From a virus (lineage: Duplodnaviria > Caudoviricetes): a stretch of 64,000 bases of DNA. Within the stretch, counting starts at the first letter, position 1, and each line of letters begins with the position of its first letter. Under the pieces are notes generated by a model. That model worked only from the letters and a program-made list of their open reading frames with translations. It did not search any database and had not been told where the DNA came from. The position numbers and the translations under genes were made by a program. Location: the IMG/VR virus record IMGVR_UViG_3300008113_000019, positions 32,001 to 96,000 of that record; one strand, 5' to 3'. This document shows positions 9,701-19,148 of this stretch, piece by piece.

Positions 9701-12052
9701 CAGAATCATCGACGACGCACCGGTGACTTGTGCAACCTGACCGATTACAGTTGTGCCGCCTGTGCTATTTGCAAACTTGACGAAGTCCCCTGGGCTGAAT
9801 ACGTTCAGGAAGTTTGTACCACCAGCGCCGGCAACAGTAGTATTCGAATAAATTGAGATCGTTCCTGATGCTGCAGCAGAAGCCTGATAATTGGCTTTTG
9901 GAACAATAAGAAGTTCTCTCTTGGCAGTAGTGCCTAGTGCGCCGGTGTAAGGGAAGTTTTCCCCGGCGCCAAGATTCAGTTCAATGTATCCAGTCGTGTT
10001 CGCAGTTTCTGATTCATTAATTGTACGATATGTGTAAGAAATATTTGCAGCCGACTTCATTGCCGGAACCGAACTATAAAGAAGAGCGGTGCTGCCGGCA
10101 TCTTCTAGCACTGCCGTACCGGTAGCACCAAGAACGATATCTGCAATACCTCTGTTTGTTCCACCATAATAGACAGAACGCACATCACCAAAGTTCTTAC
10201 CACTGCTCATAACGATATCAAACAGATACAGTCTGTATACTGCGTTTGCAGAACCTGGTTCACCAGACTCTAGAGTGATCGAGCGAATTCGTGCTTCACC
10301 AATCTTGGTTCCGGTGGCCGTAATAGTATTACCGGCATTCGATGTAACGTAACCCGCAGCTGCACTCTGGAGATCGATTTGAGCTCCGAGGTTAAAAGCA
10401 AAGTTGCCAGCCAGTTCTTTTACGCGAACATAGTTACCATATCCAAGACGAATCTTGGCCGAACTGTTAGTTGCAGTAGCAATACCCTTGGCGACATTTG
10501 CTCTGTAGTGTTCTGTCTCTACACGAAAACCATTAATGTAAGCTTTACCTGGATCGACATTAATTTTGAAGACAGATGGTGTTTCAGAGAATGTAGAAGA
10601 ATCGCGAGTAGAAAGAATAAACTGGTCTAGAACATAGTTACCAGACTCCTCATATGTTCTCTTAGCAATCTCGTTACCGATAACATTATAGACAGTGCTC
10701 TGTGTCTGCTTATATGGACGCCCATCAGCAAATTCGATAATTGGAAGGAAGTCTGTGTTTGCGTCAGCTTCTTCTTTGTCAAGAACACGAAGTTCTGGAG
10801 TCAGCTTCAGACGGTCTGCACCAGGAGCAGCATAGTTGTATGTGCCAGTAGCGTTGTCTAGAAGAGAAGTATCTTCGTTGCTGTCAATGATGTCTTCTGC
10901 GGTGTAGAATCCAACCGACTTATCAAAGTCTGTGTTCGAGTACTTGCTTACAACAACGAGTTGTGATGAAACGCGAGAGAAGAAACCCTTCTGATAAATC
11001 GTTCCCTCATCAACTGTCACACCATAACCTGTTCCAACCGGTGTCAATGATGAGTTAGCAACAGTGACATCGGCAAGATAGTTAAGAGCAGTCACATCAA
11101 GATCAGCAATTTCAGTTGCTGAAAGTGAAGATGTAGTCTGCTTCATAACGGTTACGTGTGGAGCAACGTAGTATCCACCACCCTGGCCGGTAACAGAGAT
11201 AGAAGTAACCTTACCAAGAGCGTCTGTTACAAGCGAACCAGCTGCACCAGAACCAATGACCGCCACAACATTTGCAGTGTTTGCAGTTGTTGCGTTACGA
11301 ATGGTTTCACCTGCACCAAAACGCCACTTTGTTGTATTTGCAGTCAGAAGGTCAGCAGCAAGCGGCTTCACCTTAAGAATAAGAGCTTGAGTATTTGCTG
11401 TGGTATTTGCTTCAATAATCTGTAGGTTGGCAACACCGTTCTGAATTACTTGACCTGCTACGAATGCCGAACCAGGGAATGTTGCGCCCCCGGTTGAGTT
11501 CTGTACAGCAAGAGCCGAAACGAACACGACTCCATCATTATTACTAAATAGCGATGATCCGTTGATTACGCGTGTCTTAAAGATTGGATAAAGCGGGCTG
11601 AATACAGTGAGTGTATCGCCGGCAGCAAATGTCGAAGTATTCGAATCAGAACCTGACGAATTGTACTTGACATAGAGAGTATTAAGATCAGGTGCGCGCG
11701 ATTCGAACCCGGCAACCGTCTTGACAATATAACCGGTTACGTTCGAACTGTTACGAACGGACATACCTTCGTATGCAGTAACAGCAATTTGTGTTCCGTC
11801 AGTTTCGGTGTCTTTGATCTTGACGAATGGCAGCACTGGATGGCGAACAATGTTACAACCCTCAATGATTGTACCGCGCTTGAAAATATTGTCGCCAAAT
11901 CGTTCGATTTGATTCTGCAGAATAGTCTGTAGCTGATTTAGCTCACGCGCCTGAACGGCCACGCCCGGGCGAAAAAGAACACGATAGAAATTCTTGTTCG
12001 GGTCGTAGTCGTCGTAATATGGAAATACGTTTAGGTCTGTCTGCAGAGCCAT
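6746..12052 (-). CDS. large virion structural protein, DUF4815/VrlC-like
   Basis: N-terminal PYYDDYD...RVLFRPG..VQARELNQLQ, APGADRLK and RTYEESGNY motifs. Confidence 0.85.
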   Translation of the reverse strand: MALQTDLNVFPYYDDYDPNKNFYRVLFRPGVAVQARELNQLQTILQNQIERFGDNIFKRGTIIEGCNIVRHPVLPFVKIKDTETDGTQIAVTAYEGMSVRNSSNVTGYIVKTVAGFESRAPDLNTLYVKYNSSGSDSNTSTFAAGDTLTVFSPLYPIFKTRVINGSSLFSNNDGVVFVSALAVQNSTGGATFPGSAFVAGQVIQNGVANLQIIEANTTANTQALILKVKPLAADLLTANTTKWRFGAGETIRNATTANTANVVAVIGSGAAGSLVTDALGKVTSISVTGQGGGYYVAPHVTVMKQTTSSLSATEIADLDVTALNYLADVTVANSSLTPVGTGYGVTVDEGTIYQKGFFSRVSSQLVVVSKYSNTDFDKSVGFYTAEDIIDSNEDTSLLDNATGTYNYAAPGADRLKLTPELRVLDKEEADANTDFLPIIEFADGRPYKQTQSTVYNVIGNEIAKRTYEESGNYVLDQFILSTRDSSTFSETPSVFKINVDPGKAYINGFRVETEHYRANVAKGIATATNSSAKIRLGYGNYVRVKELAGNFAFNLGAQIDLQSAAAGYVTSNAGNTITATGTKIGEARIRSITLESGEPGSANAVYRLYLFDIVMSSGKNFGDVRSVYYGGTNRGIADIVLGATGTAVLEDAGSTALLYSSVPAMKSAANISYTYRTINESETANTTGYIELNLGAGENFPYTGALGTTAKRELLIVPKANYQASAAASGTISIYSNTTVAGAGGTNFLNVFSPGDFVKFANSTGGTTVIGQVAQVTGASSMILTANATATYSGGTATLYFPANVPISLTNKTSRWANVSVSNSQVMTIYLANNIANSTGSSSSANVMVIYNATRNNVSSAVKTSNRSVHTRLVCSNNAGGVRGPWALGLSDAFRLRKVYQANGASTAKTFNANTGVLNSGTANAFIQISNNPFANGDSLVYADNATTITGLSDGGTYYAVYANSSGMALASTRGGANLTLTATGTSENHTLTGRAIFFTGNTYGVLDVTNDFYIDTNQKEDYLDTSYLYRKPRATALSTNDVLLVQYDVFTGGDASVKTISSYPIDDSLGFTALTASANVHTMEIPEILGTSGIYYDLRDQYDFRPRSANTINLITDISSVAAGANAASIINPTEPSAANRFTASEKYFPAPDTDLTANIEYYLGRSDRVVVDSNGDFVVRTGKNGFQNEIPPEPQNSLTLQVLNIPPYPSLPQSLSEDMAKIIDTKVANESFGRRVKNYSVTTLISATDRSRIQVKGYKMSDIASLEKRIKDLEYYVSFTLAEALAKARFIPSSLDALTDRFRFGFFVDPFTDYNYSDLGNPEFYATIKDDQLGPRLSELNLEFKPQDNSVGVVTLPYNEFTIVSQNDATDGSVEGPVEVTVVTQTTSIALQSQRSTSKSDSGTVYEEFFYTFSSLAGPVEFYINGRDNNLALEVFQSQTPGGEYVTTYTSAAALPLTNADISAKGLSVLNDGRKIEHPGSMERKSYGPVGGWIEDHFKLLWTHNPNDGQYYKFRIYKGKFDSGLFQSAKAGTFGYKLYYPSDVVTRETRIVPNPANFGYTGVVHNVSPSEFTISLSTQYVYGDFFGSIPTGEYISDAQKFSIAITGLKPNTYHKFVFDGEDQTSKCSQSRTSTTNTSGLLTDANGTLTFDFYFDAGINEATSDLEQQNKLAAAKAGIKVFTVQSYDGNSKTTGSIGLKYYTSLPYGYADPVGLNTSQTATMASTVESPTVTTEIPVGFTSQYINDAMDRNNVRFIDWNGLNEQLY

Positions 12053-12056
12053 TTAT

Positions 12057-14462
12057 TTAGAACTCCAAAATTATCTTAATTATTTCTGATTTGTTGCCGC
12101 TTCGAGTAATCGGATCTAGATTTTCAATATATAGAACTTGACCGCTGCCAACAACAAAGTCTCCAGGATATTTATTACTCAAATTCTGAAGGGTAGCACC
12201 AGAAGTTGCACCAACGATATTTCTTACTCCAGCCGGGTCTAGATTATAGATTCCAAATTTATTACTGATATACATGACATCGTCATCAACACCGCCGCCA
12301 AGACTGATAGAGTGGAAAGCACCACGTGGCTTAGCATATTCTACTAGGCTATTCTGTTGAATGGTTTCATCAGAAATAAAGTCTGTACCACCTGAAGGGA
12401 AGTTGCCAACAAGTCTTGATAGTTGAACTGCCGTATCAAAAGATCCTGCAGTTTTATCATTGACTTGAATAGCAGCTTGACCGGCAAGAGCAGTTGTCTG
12501 GATAATGCTAGTCGTATTCGAAGTAAGACCAATGATCTTTGATTCTTCTGTAAACACCCCTGAAACATTTGAAAGTGTAATTTGCCCGGCACTTGTCGAA
12601 GTAACTGTTCCGGATGCCTCTAGAACAAGAGCTGAAATTTCGCAGTTGTCGGCTGTAAATGTAGAATTGGTAGATGCAGTAATCTGATAATCGTAAGGTA
12701 CACTTGCAACAGTCGAAAGATAGTTATTGCTTCCGTTAGTTACTAAAACATAATCGCCAACAGCAAAATTGTCTTTAAATGTCGGGGCCTGCGGGTTTGC
12801 TAGTGCAACCGCAAGTTGACCATTCGAACCGGTAGCTGTACTAATCGAAAGTGTTGGAACCGTAACATAATTATTACCTTGATTGGTTACTGTAACCGAA
12901 GTGATTACACCTGATCCATTATTAGCAAAGGTCGCAGCAAAGCCAGATCCACCTGTGCCGGTGTTGTTTACAGTAATTGTATCAACTGCACTGTTGTATC
13001 CGGTACCGCCATTTGTGATGGTAACAGTTGATGAAATACGTCCCTGGTCTGTTTTCTTAATAGTGCTATTTGATGCGGTTACTGATACGTTTCCGTGTAG
13101 CTTATATTGCTTGAATTGATGTACTGTTTCGCCGATCGTAAAGCTGCCGCCTACAGTATTTGCCGATCTTAAAATAATATCTACATTTGTGAATAAAGGA
13201 TTTTTTACAATTCCGACTTGACGGAAATCATTCTCAACTGGAATAGTTCCGCCTTCGCTATTTGTAAATTTTGTGCTGATGCAAACTCTTCTTGCCCCAA
13301 GTTCTTTAAGAGGATCAGCCCCATGCCCGCCGATTGGCGAAATAATCGGCTGAAGTGTTGCAGCCGTGAAATTAGCATTATTTGCAATAGAAGCAGGGAG
13401 ATCAATAAAGGCACTATTAATCGTAACTGGAATAGTATCTGGTGTTTTACCAGCATATGATTCGCCATAGCGATAACCAGCACCAACATTCAGCATTTCG
13501 ATTTCTATGATGGAATTGGCAGTAGAATCGATAATAGCTCTTCCTTCAGCGGAAGTAGTTTCTGTTCCATCACCCCAAACATAAACATACGGATAGACTT
13601 CATACTCGTCACCAGCAGCGGGTGCTGTCGTAAATGCAGAGTCTAAAGTAAAGATCTTCTGACCACCAACACCACGATAATCAACAATTCGACGATATTG
13701 TCCTGCAGCTCCTACAGAGGAGTTGGTAATCTTGATTACACAACCACGGTAATAGTCATCTTCAGCTTCGGCATCGTCAGGTGCACCATAAACTTCACTC
13801 GATCCTCCGACTGAAAGATCGGTTGTTCTAAACACACCGTTTTCAATATAGTTGTCATAACCACGTCCGCGAGTAATAATATCAATTACTTCAATCGTTC
13901 CGTCAACTGCACCATCCTGTACGGTTGTATTAGCAACAACTGGAATATAATTTCCAGTTGCAAACTTTTCATATTGTGTTTTTGAGATGCTATACATGTA
14001 CTTCCAAATATAACCGTCGCCGGTAATAATTGGATCTAAGGTTTTTGTTGAAGGAGCAACAGTAGAATTTACATTGACTGTAGTATTGCTAGCATTGAAT
14101 AGGCACTTATAAACATTGAACTCTGTGCTATCGTCTACAACAGTATAGAATCTCTTGTCGTAAAGATCACCATCACGATGATCATACTTGTAATAGAAAG
14201 TATTTGAAGTCCAAAGATACTTATTAACAACATGTACAACATCGCTGGAAGAAATTCTCTTGGCGAAGATCATGTTATCATAGACGTCAAGGTTTGTTGA
14301 CTTCAAACTATTATTCGGTGTAGTTAGGTTTGCATCACTTCCAGGATATGGAGTATGCTTACCAGCAAAGACAAAGTAATCGTTGTTTGCAAAAGAGCTC
14401 ACAAAACTTGCGGCGCTTTCTACATTAAAATTTGTTGTTACAAGTTTCTGAGTAACTGACAT
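12057..14462 (-). CDS. gp8: baseplate wedge subunit gp8
   Basis: VYKCLFN, DGYIWKYMY, GGHGAD, NDFRQVGIVKNP and terminal EIIKIILEF; synteny. Confidence 0.88.
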   Translation of the reverse strand: MSVTQKLVTTNFNVESAASFVSSFANNDYFVFAGKHTPYPGSDANLTTPNNSLKSTNLDVYDNMIFAKRISSSDVVHVVNKYLWTSNTFYYKYDHRDGDLYDKRFYTVVDDSTEFNVYKCLFNASNTTVNVNSTVAPSTKTLDPIITGDGYIWKYMYSISKTQYEKFATGNYIPVVANTTVQDGAVDGTIEVIDIITRGRGYDNYIENGVFRTTDLSVGGSSEVYGAPDDAEAEDDYYRGCVIKITNSSVGAAGQYRRIVDYRGVGGQKIFTLDSAFTTAPAAGDEYEVYPYVYVWGDGTETTSAEGRAIIDSTANSIIEIEMLNVGAGYRYGESYAGKTPDTIPVTINSAFIDLPASIANNANFTAATLQPIISPIGGHGADPLKELGARRVCISTKFTNSEGGTIPVENDFRQVGIVKNPLFTNVDIILRSANTVGGSFTIGETVHQFKQYKLHGNVSVTASNSTIKKTDQGRISSTVTITNGGTGYNSAVDTITVNNTGTGGSGFAATFANNGSGVITSVTVTNQGNNYVTVPTLSISTATGSNGQLAVALANPQAPTFKDNFAVGDYVLVTNGSNNYLSTVASVPYDYQITASTNSTFTADNCEISALVLEASGTVTSTSAGQITLSNVSGVFTEESKIIGLTSNTTSIIQTTALAGQAAIQVNDKTAGSFDTAVQLSRLVGNFPSGGTDFISDETIQQNSLVEYAKPRGAFHSISLGGGVDDDVMYISNKFGIYNLDPAGVRNIVGATSGATLQNLSNKYPGDFVVGSGQVLYIENLDPITRSGNKSEIIKIILEF

Positions 14463-17400
14463 TTATTCCTCGATCGTCTTTGTCAAGTAGTGGCCTGATG
14501 TTGCAGCTCCACTTGCTGTAGTATTAGCTGTTATATTTATAGGAGTTCCATTCGCAGTGCTTGCAAGCTTTACTGTAGTTCCGGATGTCTGAACAATATA
14601 ATAATTAGTATTGTTTGCTAGACCCTGGACAATAGTATTTGCTGCAGCTGTAGTATATCTTACAATATCTCCATTCGCAAATGGATTTGGCGTAATATCA
14701 GTATCAATCGTTTCATTCACAGAACTGACATCTGTGGCTGAGTTAAACTGTACTTCTTGACCGGTTGCAATCTCTGAAAGTTCTACTGTTGCCGAGTCTT
14801 CTTCAACAACAACTGCCGACCCGAAGAACTTCGTGCCAGCTGTGTGCATTACCTTCTTGAACATATCGGCATAGCGATCAACCGAGATCTTTGAAAGAAT
14901 CTCATAAGAATATTCTTGATAGTAATCGCCATCATGCACATACATGTCTTCTGAGAGGAAGCCCTTTGTACTTCTGTAATAACCCTTGCCAATCCCGTGA
15001 CCATCAATTACAACCTTGATCGACCCAGCTCTGAGTCCGTCTTCTGATGTATATTGTAGTACATCACCATTCGAATAACCGATACCAGAGTCAACAACCT
15101 GAAGAGATGTGACCTGTCCGTTTGCGGTAATAACATTTGCTTCGATATCTGCATTAAGTCCGATCGGATATAGAACATCTAGATCTTGTGCTACGCCAAC
15201 CACATTTGCAGAAACACCTGAAACATCACCAATCAGCAACGATCCTTCTTGGAATGTGTTTTCGAATGTAAGTCTCTTCACACGAACAACTGATGTGTTT
15301 GCCGACTTGACAATACCCTTTGCAGTCGAGGTGATTTGATACAGCGCAATATTTGAAACGTTTGCGCTTGCGTATGGATTCGAATACGAGTGTAGAGTAT
15401 TTGTTGTAAGTGCACCGGTATTACCAGACACACGAACAAATCCGTTTGCTCCGACGGTATAGATTGATTGCACCGTAACGTTCACAACCGGTGAACTGTT
15501 TACATACAGACGATCTCCTGGTAAGAATCCAGGAACGGTCGAGAATGTATGTGATTCTGCTGCACCGACTGTAGCATTTACAGTCTTGGCCGCACCGCCG
15601 CGAGTATCAGATAGTTGGAATCCAACTGTGTTTGCATTGACAATATAGTACGCAGTGTTATTTGCCAGACCTGCAATCACGGTATTTGATGCTGGTGTTC
15701 TGTACAGAAGTCTCTGGTTGTTGGCAAACTCGTTTGCATACTTTACCAGATTATGCCCGTTTGCATCTGCATTATAATATCTCAGGAAGTGGCCGGAACC
15801 TCCAGGATTGAGAGCGGTAATATCAACGTTTGCTCCAGAAACGGTTTCGGACAGAGCAAGACCGGTGCTGTTTGCGTATCTTACATAGTATAGTGCGTTG
15901 TTCGTCAGGCCGGTAACTACAGTATTTCCGGCGGCAGTCAGATATCTGACTTGTTGGCCGTTTGCAAACAATGTGTTCGCATTCGTAATACTGATAAAGT
16001 TAGCAGTTCCATTTACAGAGGTGTTTGAGTTGAATGTCGCTACGTTCGAAGTCTGTGTAATATTTAGATTTGCGCCGCCGACGGTTGATGAAAGAGTAAC
16101 TCCAGTAGAGTTAGCATACGCAACAAAATAGAACGCGTTATTTGATAGACCAGTTAGTGCAGTATTTCCGGTGTTGGTATAATAACGCACATACGAGTTT
16201 GCTGGATAATTTACGTCTGCATTTGCAATTGTAATAAAGTCGGTATTTGAGTTGACTTCATCTGTAGTATTAAATGTTACAGTGTTTGATGCATACAAAA
16301 TAAAGTCATTTGCACTTTGAATCTCGTCTTTTGTATTCACTGTTGCGATTTTTTCATCAAACGTATTGCTGTATGCACCATCATCTACCTTTAGATCATA
16401 GTACACAAGATTGGCAAGTATTTGATTTACTCTTTCACCTACAACAAACACACCAGTAGAATCAGTAACAGTGATCACAAAGTCTTTTCGATTGAATCCA
16501 GAAATGTATGGCTGGTGTGCAATAACATATGGGTCGACGTTATAACCAGAACCTGGGTCGACACCAGATAGTGATCCGATCGACCCTATCGTAAACTTAT
16601 TAAACGAAAGACACGAGAAGATAGTATTCTTTGAATCACCCTGTGGATTCTTTGGGAATCCAAAAGCAGCGGCCGCAACCGGAAGAGCAGAATATGCCTG
16701 GTTTGCTTGTGTAAGAGTCGTGTATACTGTAATGGAGTTGATAGCGGTATTTGTTGTAGTACCACTATACTTGATCACATTGCTATTTGCATATGTTGTG
16801 GTATTTGCAGTTCCGCCGGTATTTCCAAATGTGTTATGGTTATCTTTTGTTCGGATCACGCCAGAACCGATTTCAAAAACTGTTCCGTGTGCCATTTTAT
16901 ACAGATAATGACCAACTTCATTAACTTTATTATTGGCGAATGTCGAGAAGTTAGTTGAATTGATTTGATCGGATTTGCGATAAGGATACGACAGAATAAT
17001 ACCTGTAGTATTCGCTGCAGCAACGTAATAGTAATCGCCATTAAACAGCCCGGTAAGAGCGGTGTTTCCTGTTGCTACTTCATATCTGACAATGTCGCCG
17101 ACTGTGAATCGTGTATTTGCAGTCGGAAGAGTAATGAATCCGGTTGTTGCATTCACCGAACTGTTTGCGTTAAATCCGATTTTACTTACTTCTTGATAGA
17201 CTCTGTCACCAACAGTAAATCCAGTATTCGATGTTACTGTCAGAACAACACGATCATAATCGAGAGTTCCGACTCCATTTGCAGAGATTAGATCGGTGCC
17301 GATGAAAACATCTTCTGTATCACCAAGAGTTCCGACGTTAAATTCTGCTCCAGATCCAAAGCTAGTAGTTAATGGAACTGCTGTCGTGTTTGTTGTCTGT

Positions 17401-19148
17401 GTGAACAGTCTTGCATGTTCTGACGCAACATAGTCACCGCCAGCATTTGCAACGGTGTATGTTACAACTGTAGCTTGTGATGTATTCGAGTCGGTATAAA
17501 ATCTATCCGTCTCTGTAAAGTATCCCTTCACAGGAATAAATGTAAGGTTACCAGTTCCAGTTCCAGAATCGTGTGAAACCGTCAGCAGAAGACCCTCAGC
17601 GATCTTCTTGCCGGCACTATCATAGCGATAGATTCTGTTACTCACTGGTAATTCGTTGTTATTGGCCGACGAATACTTCAGTGTGTTAATGAACTTTTTA
17701 ATTTCATAAACACCAACTGTAAGATTTACTTCAGCCACATTTGCAGAGACTGCCGAGTTTGTTGAAACTTCAAGTCTCTGGCCAATTGGGAATGTTCCGC
17801 GGGCGGAAGTAAGAACAAGTGTATTGCCACCAGGAACTTGTGTGATACTTTGAACTAGGCCACTGCCAACAATTGCCGATGTGTTCTTGTACAAGACAGA
17901 ATCGCCAACTGTCAGGGTGCCAGTCTGATCGGTAATAGAAATGGTGTATACATCAGGGATACCCATCACCTTTCCGCCAATGGTACGATCTTCAATCGTA
18001 TTGGCGTAAAACGATACGGCGTTTCCGGTTGTATAATAAGTTGTGGTATTCGTAAACACACCATTCACATGTGAGATCATCACTGTACCATTGGTATCAG
18101 TCTGATCTAGATCAATGACTTTACCGGCCCCAGCTAGTTGACCGTTTGCTGCATAACGGAATAGTGTATCACCAATCGCAAGGTTTGCAGTGGCACTGGT
18201 GAATGTGGCATTCACAATTGGCTCTACTGCTTGCTCGAATAGTTTAAAGTATTGGTCGCTATTTGTGTTGGCAACTACATTATCAAGGGTAATTACTTTT
18301 TCAGAGATGATTGATTCAGAGTCAAGAGTGTATCCGTATCCGCCATCAATAAAGATGAAATCAACAATCCCAGTGGCTTCGCTAACTGCTTCAACTCGTG
18401 CTAATCCGCCAGTACCATTCGTCGATCCGGTAAATGTTACAATATCACCAACACGAAAATCACGGCCACGGTCTTGGATCAATACTCTTTTTACAGAACC
18501 AAGTAACTTTGCTCTTTTTGCTCTGTCGTATACCGGTTGATTGTTAACATTCAAGCCGATGAGTTCGCCATTGGTAAACTCGCCTTGTCGACCAGAGATA
18601 TAAAGCAGATCTACATATCCAGCAGAGGTACGACGGCGAATAAACTTCTCGACAAAAGCCTTTGCACCAGACAGTGCACCGACAACTTGCTTGCCTACAT
18701 AATCTACGTTGTATCTGTTATGAGTAATTTCTAGATATTCTGGTCGTTCCCAAACGCCGTCAGACACACGTAGAATGTTGTCAGCAGGATAGCGTACTTC
18801 GGCAGACGTGCCGTATACCAGTTTAAAGAATAGGTCGATAGAACGCTCTGTACCCTTTGAGCGGTACAGGTCAAGCGAGTTCTTGATCAGAAGTTCTTTG
18901 TTTGTAGCAGTATCGAACTGAATATTTTTGAGATACTTCTCTTTGAACTGTACAATAAACTCGTCAACTGTCGTATCGATATCACGATAGTCTGGAAGCT
19001 TACGAGCTTGATACAGAACATTATTAGCAGTTTCCATCCATTCAAAATATGCTTTGGCGAAAGCAATGAACTGCGGGCCCTCTTCCTTATAGAATGAAGG
19101 AAACTGGTTCTCGATGAATGGAGAAATGATTGCTTCTATTTTTTTCAT
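14463..19148 (-). CDS. gp7: baseplate wedge initiator gp7
   Basis: QFPSF...FAKAYFEW, LYRSKGT and C-terminal DGDYYQEYSY...HTAG motifs; lies between gp6 and gp8. Confidence 0.85.
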   Translation of the reverse strand: MKKIEAIISPFIENQFPSFYKEEGPQFIAFAKAYFEWMETANNVLYQARKLPDYRDIDTTVDEFIVQFKEKYLKNIQFDTATNKELLIKNSLDLYRSKGTERSIDLFFKLVYGTSAEVRYPADNILRVSDGVWERPEYLEITHNRYNVDYVGKQVVGALSGAKAFVEKFIRRRTSAGYVDLLYISGRQGEFTNGELIGLNVNNQPVYDRAKRAKLLGSVKRVLIQDRGRDFRVGDIVTFTGSTNGTGGLARVEAVSEATGIVDFIFIDGGYGYTLDSESIISEKVITLDNVVANTNSDQYFKLFEQAVEPIVNATFTSATANLAIGDTLFRYAANGQLAGAGKVIDLDQTDTNGTVMISHVNGVFTNTTTYYTTGNAVSFYANTIEDRTIGGKVMGIPDVYTISITDQTGTLTVGDSVLYKNTSAIVGSGLVQSITQVPGGNTLVLTSARGTFPIGQRLEVSTNSAVSANVAEVNLTVGVYEIKKFINTLKYSSANNNELPVSNRIYRYDSAGKKIAEGLLLTVSHDSGTGTGNLTFIPVKGYFTETDRFYTDSNTSQATVVTYTVANAGGDYVASEHARLFTQTTNTTAVPLTTSFGSGAEFNVGTLGDTEDVFIGTDLISANGVGTLDYDRVVLTVTSNTGFTVGDRVYQEVSKIGFNANSSVNATTGFITLPTANTRFTVGDIVRYEVATGNTALTGLFNGDYYYVAAANTTGIILSYPYRKSDQINSTNFSTFANNKVNEVGHYLYKMAHGTVFEIGSGVIRTKDNHNTFGNTGGTANTTTYANSNVIKYSGTTTNTAINSITVYTTLTQANQAYSALPVAAAAFGFPKNPQGDSKNTIFSCLSFNKFTIGSIGSLSGVDPGSGYNVDPYVIAHQPYISGFNRKDFVITVTDSTGVFVVGERVNQILANLVYYDLKVDDGAYSNTFDEKIATVNTKDEIQSANDFILYASNTVTFNTTDEVNSNTDFITIANADVNYPANSYVRYYTNTGNTALTGLSNNAFYFVAYANSTGVTLSSTVGGANLNITQTSNVATFNSNTSVNGTANFISITNANTLFANGQQVRYLTAAGNTVVTGLTNNALYYVRYANSTGLALSETVSGANVDITALNPGGSGHFLRYYNADANGHNLVKYANEFANNQRLLYRTPASNTVIAGLANNTAYYIVNANTVGFQLSDTRGGAAKTVNATVGAAESHTFSTVPGFLPGDRLYVNSSPVVNVTVQSIYTVGANGFVRVSGNTGALTTNTLHSYSNPYASANVSNIALYQITSTAKGIVKSANTSVVRVKRLTFENTFQEGSLLIGDVSGVSANVVGVAQDLDVLYPIGLNADIEANVITANGQVTSLQVVDSGIGYSNGDVLQYTSEDGLRAGSIKVVIDGHGIGKGYYRSTKGFLSEDMYVHDGDYYQEYSYEILSKISVDRYADMFKKVMHTAGTKFFGSAVVVEEDSATVELSEIATGQEVQFNSATDVSSVNETIDTDITPNPFANGDIVRYTTAAANTIVQGLANNTNYYIVQTSGTTVKLASTANGTPINITANTTASGAATSGHYLTKTIEE

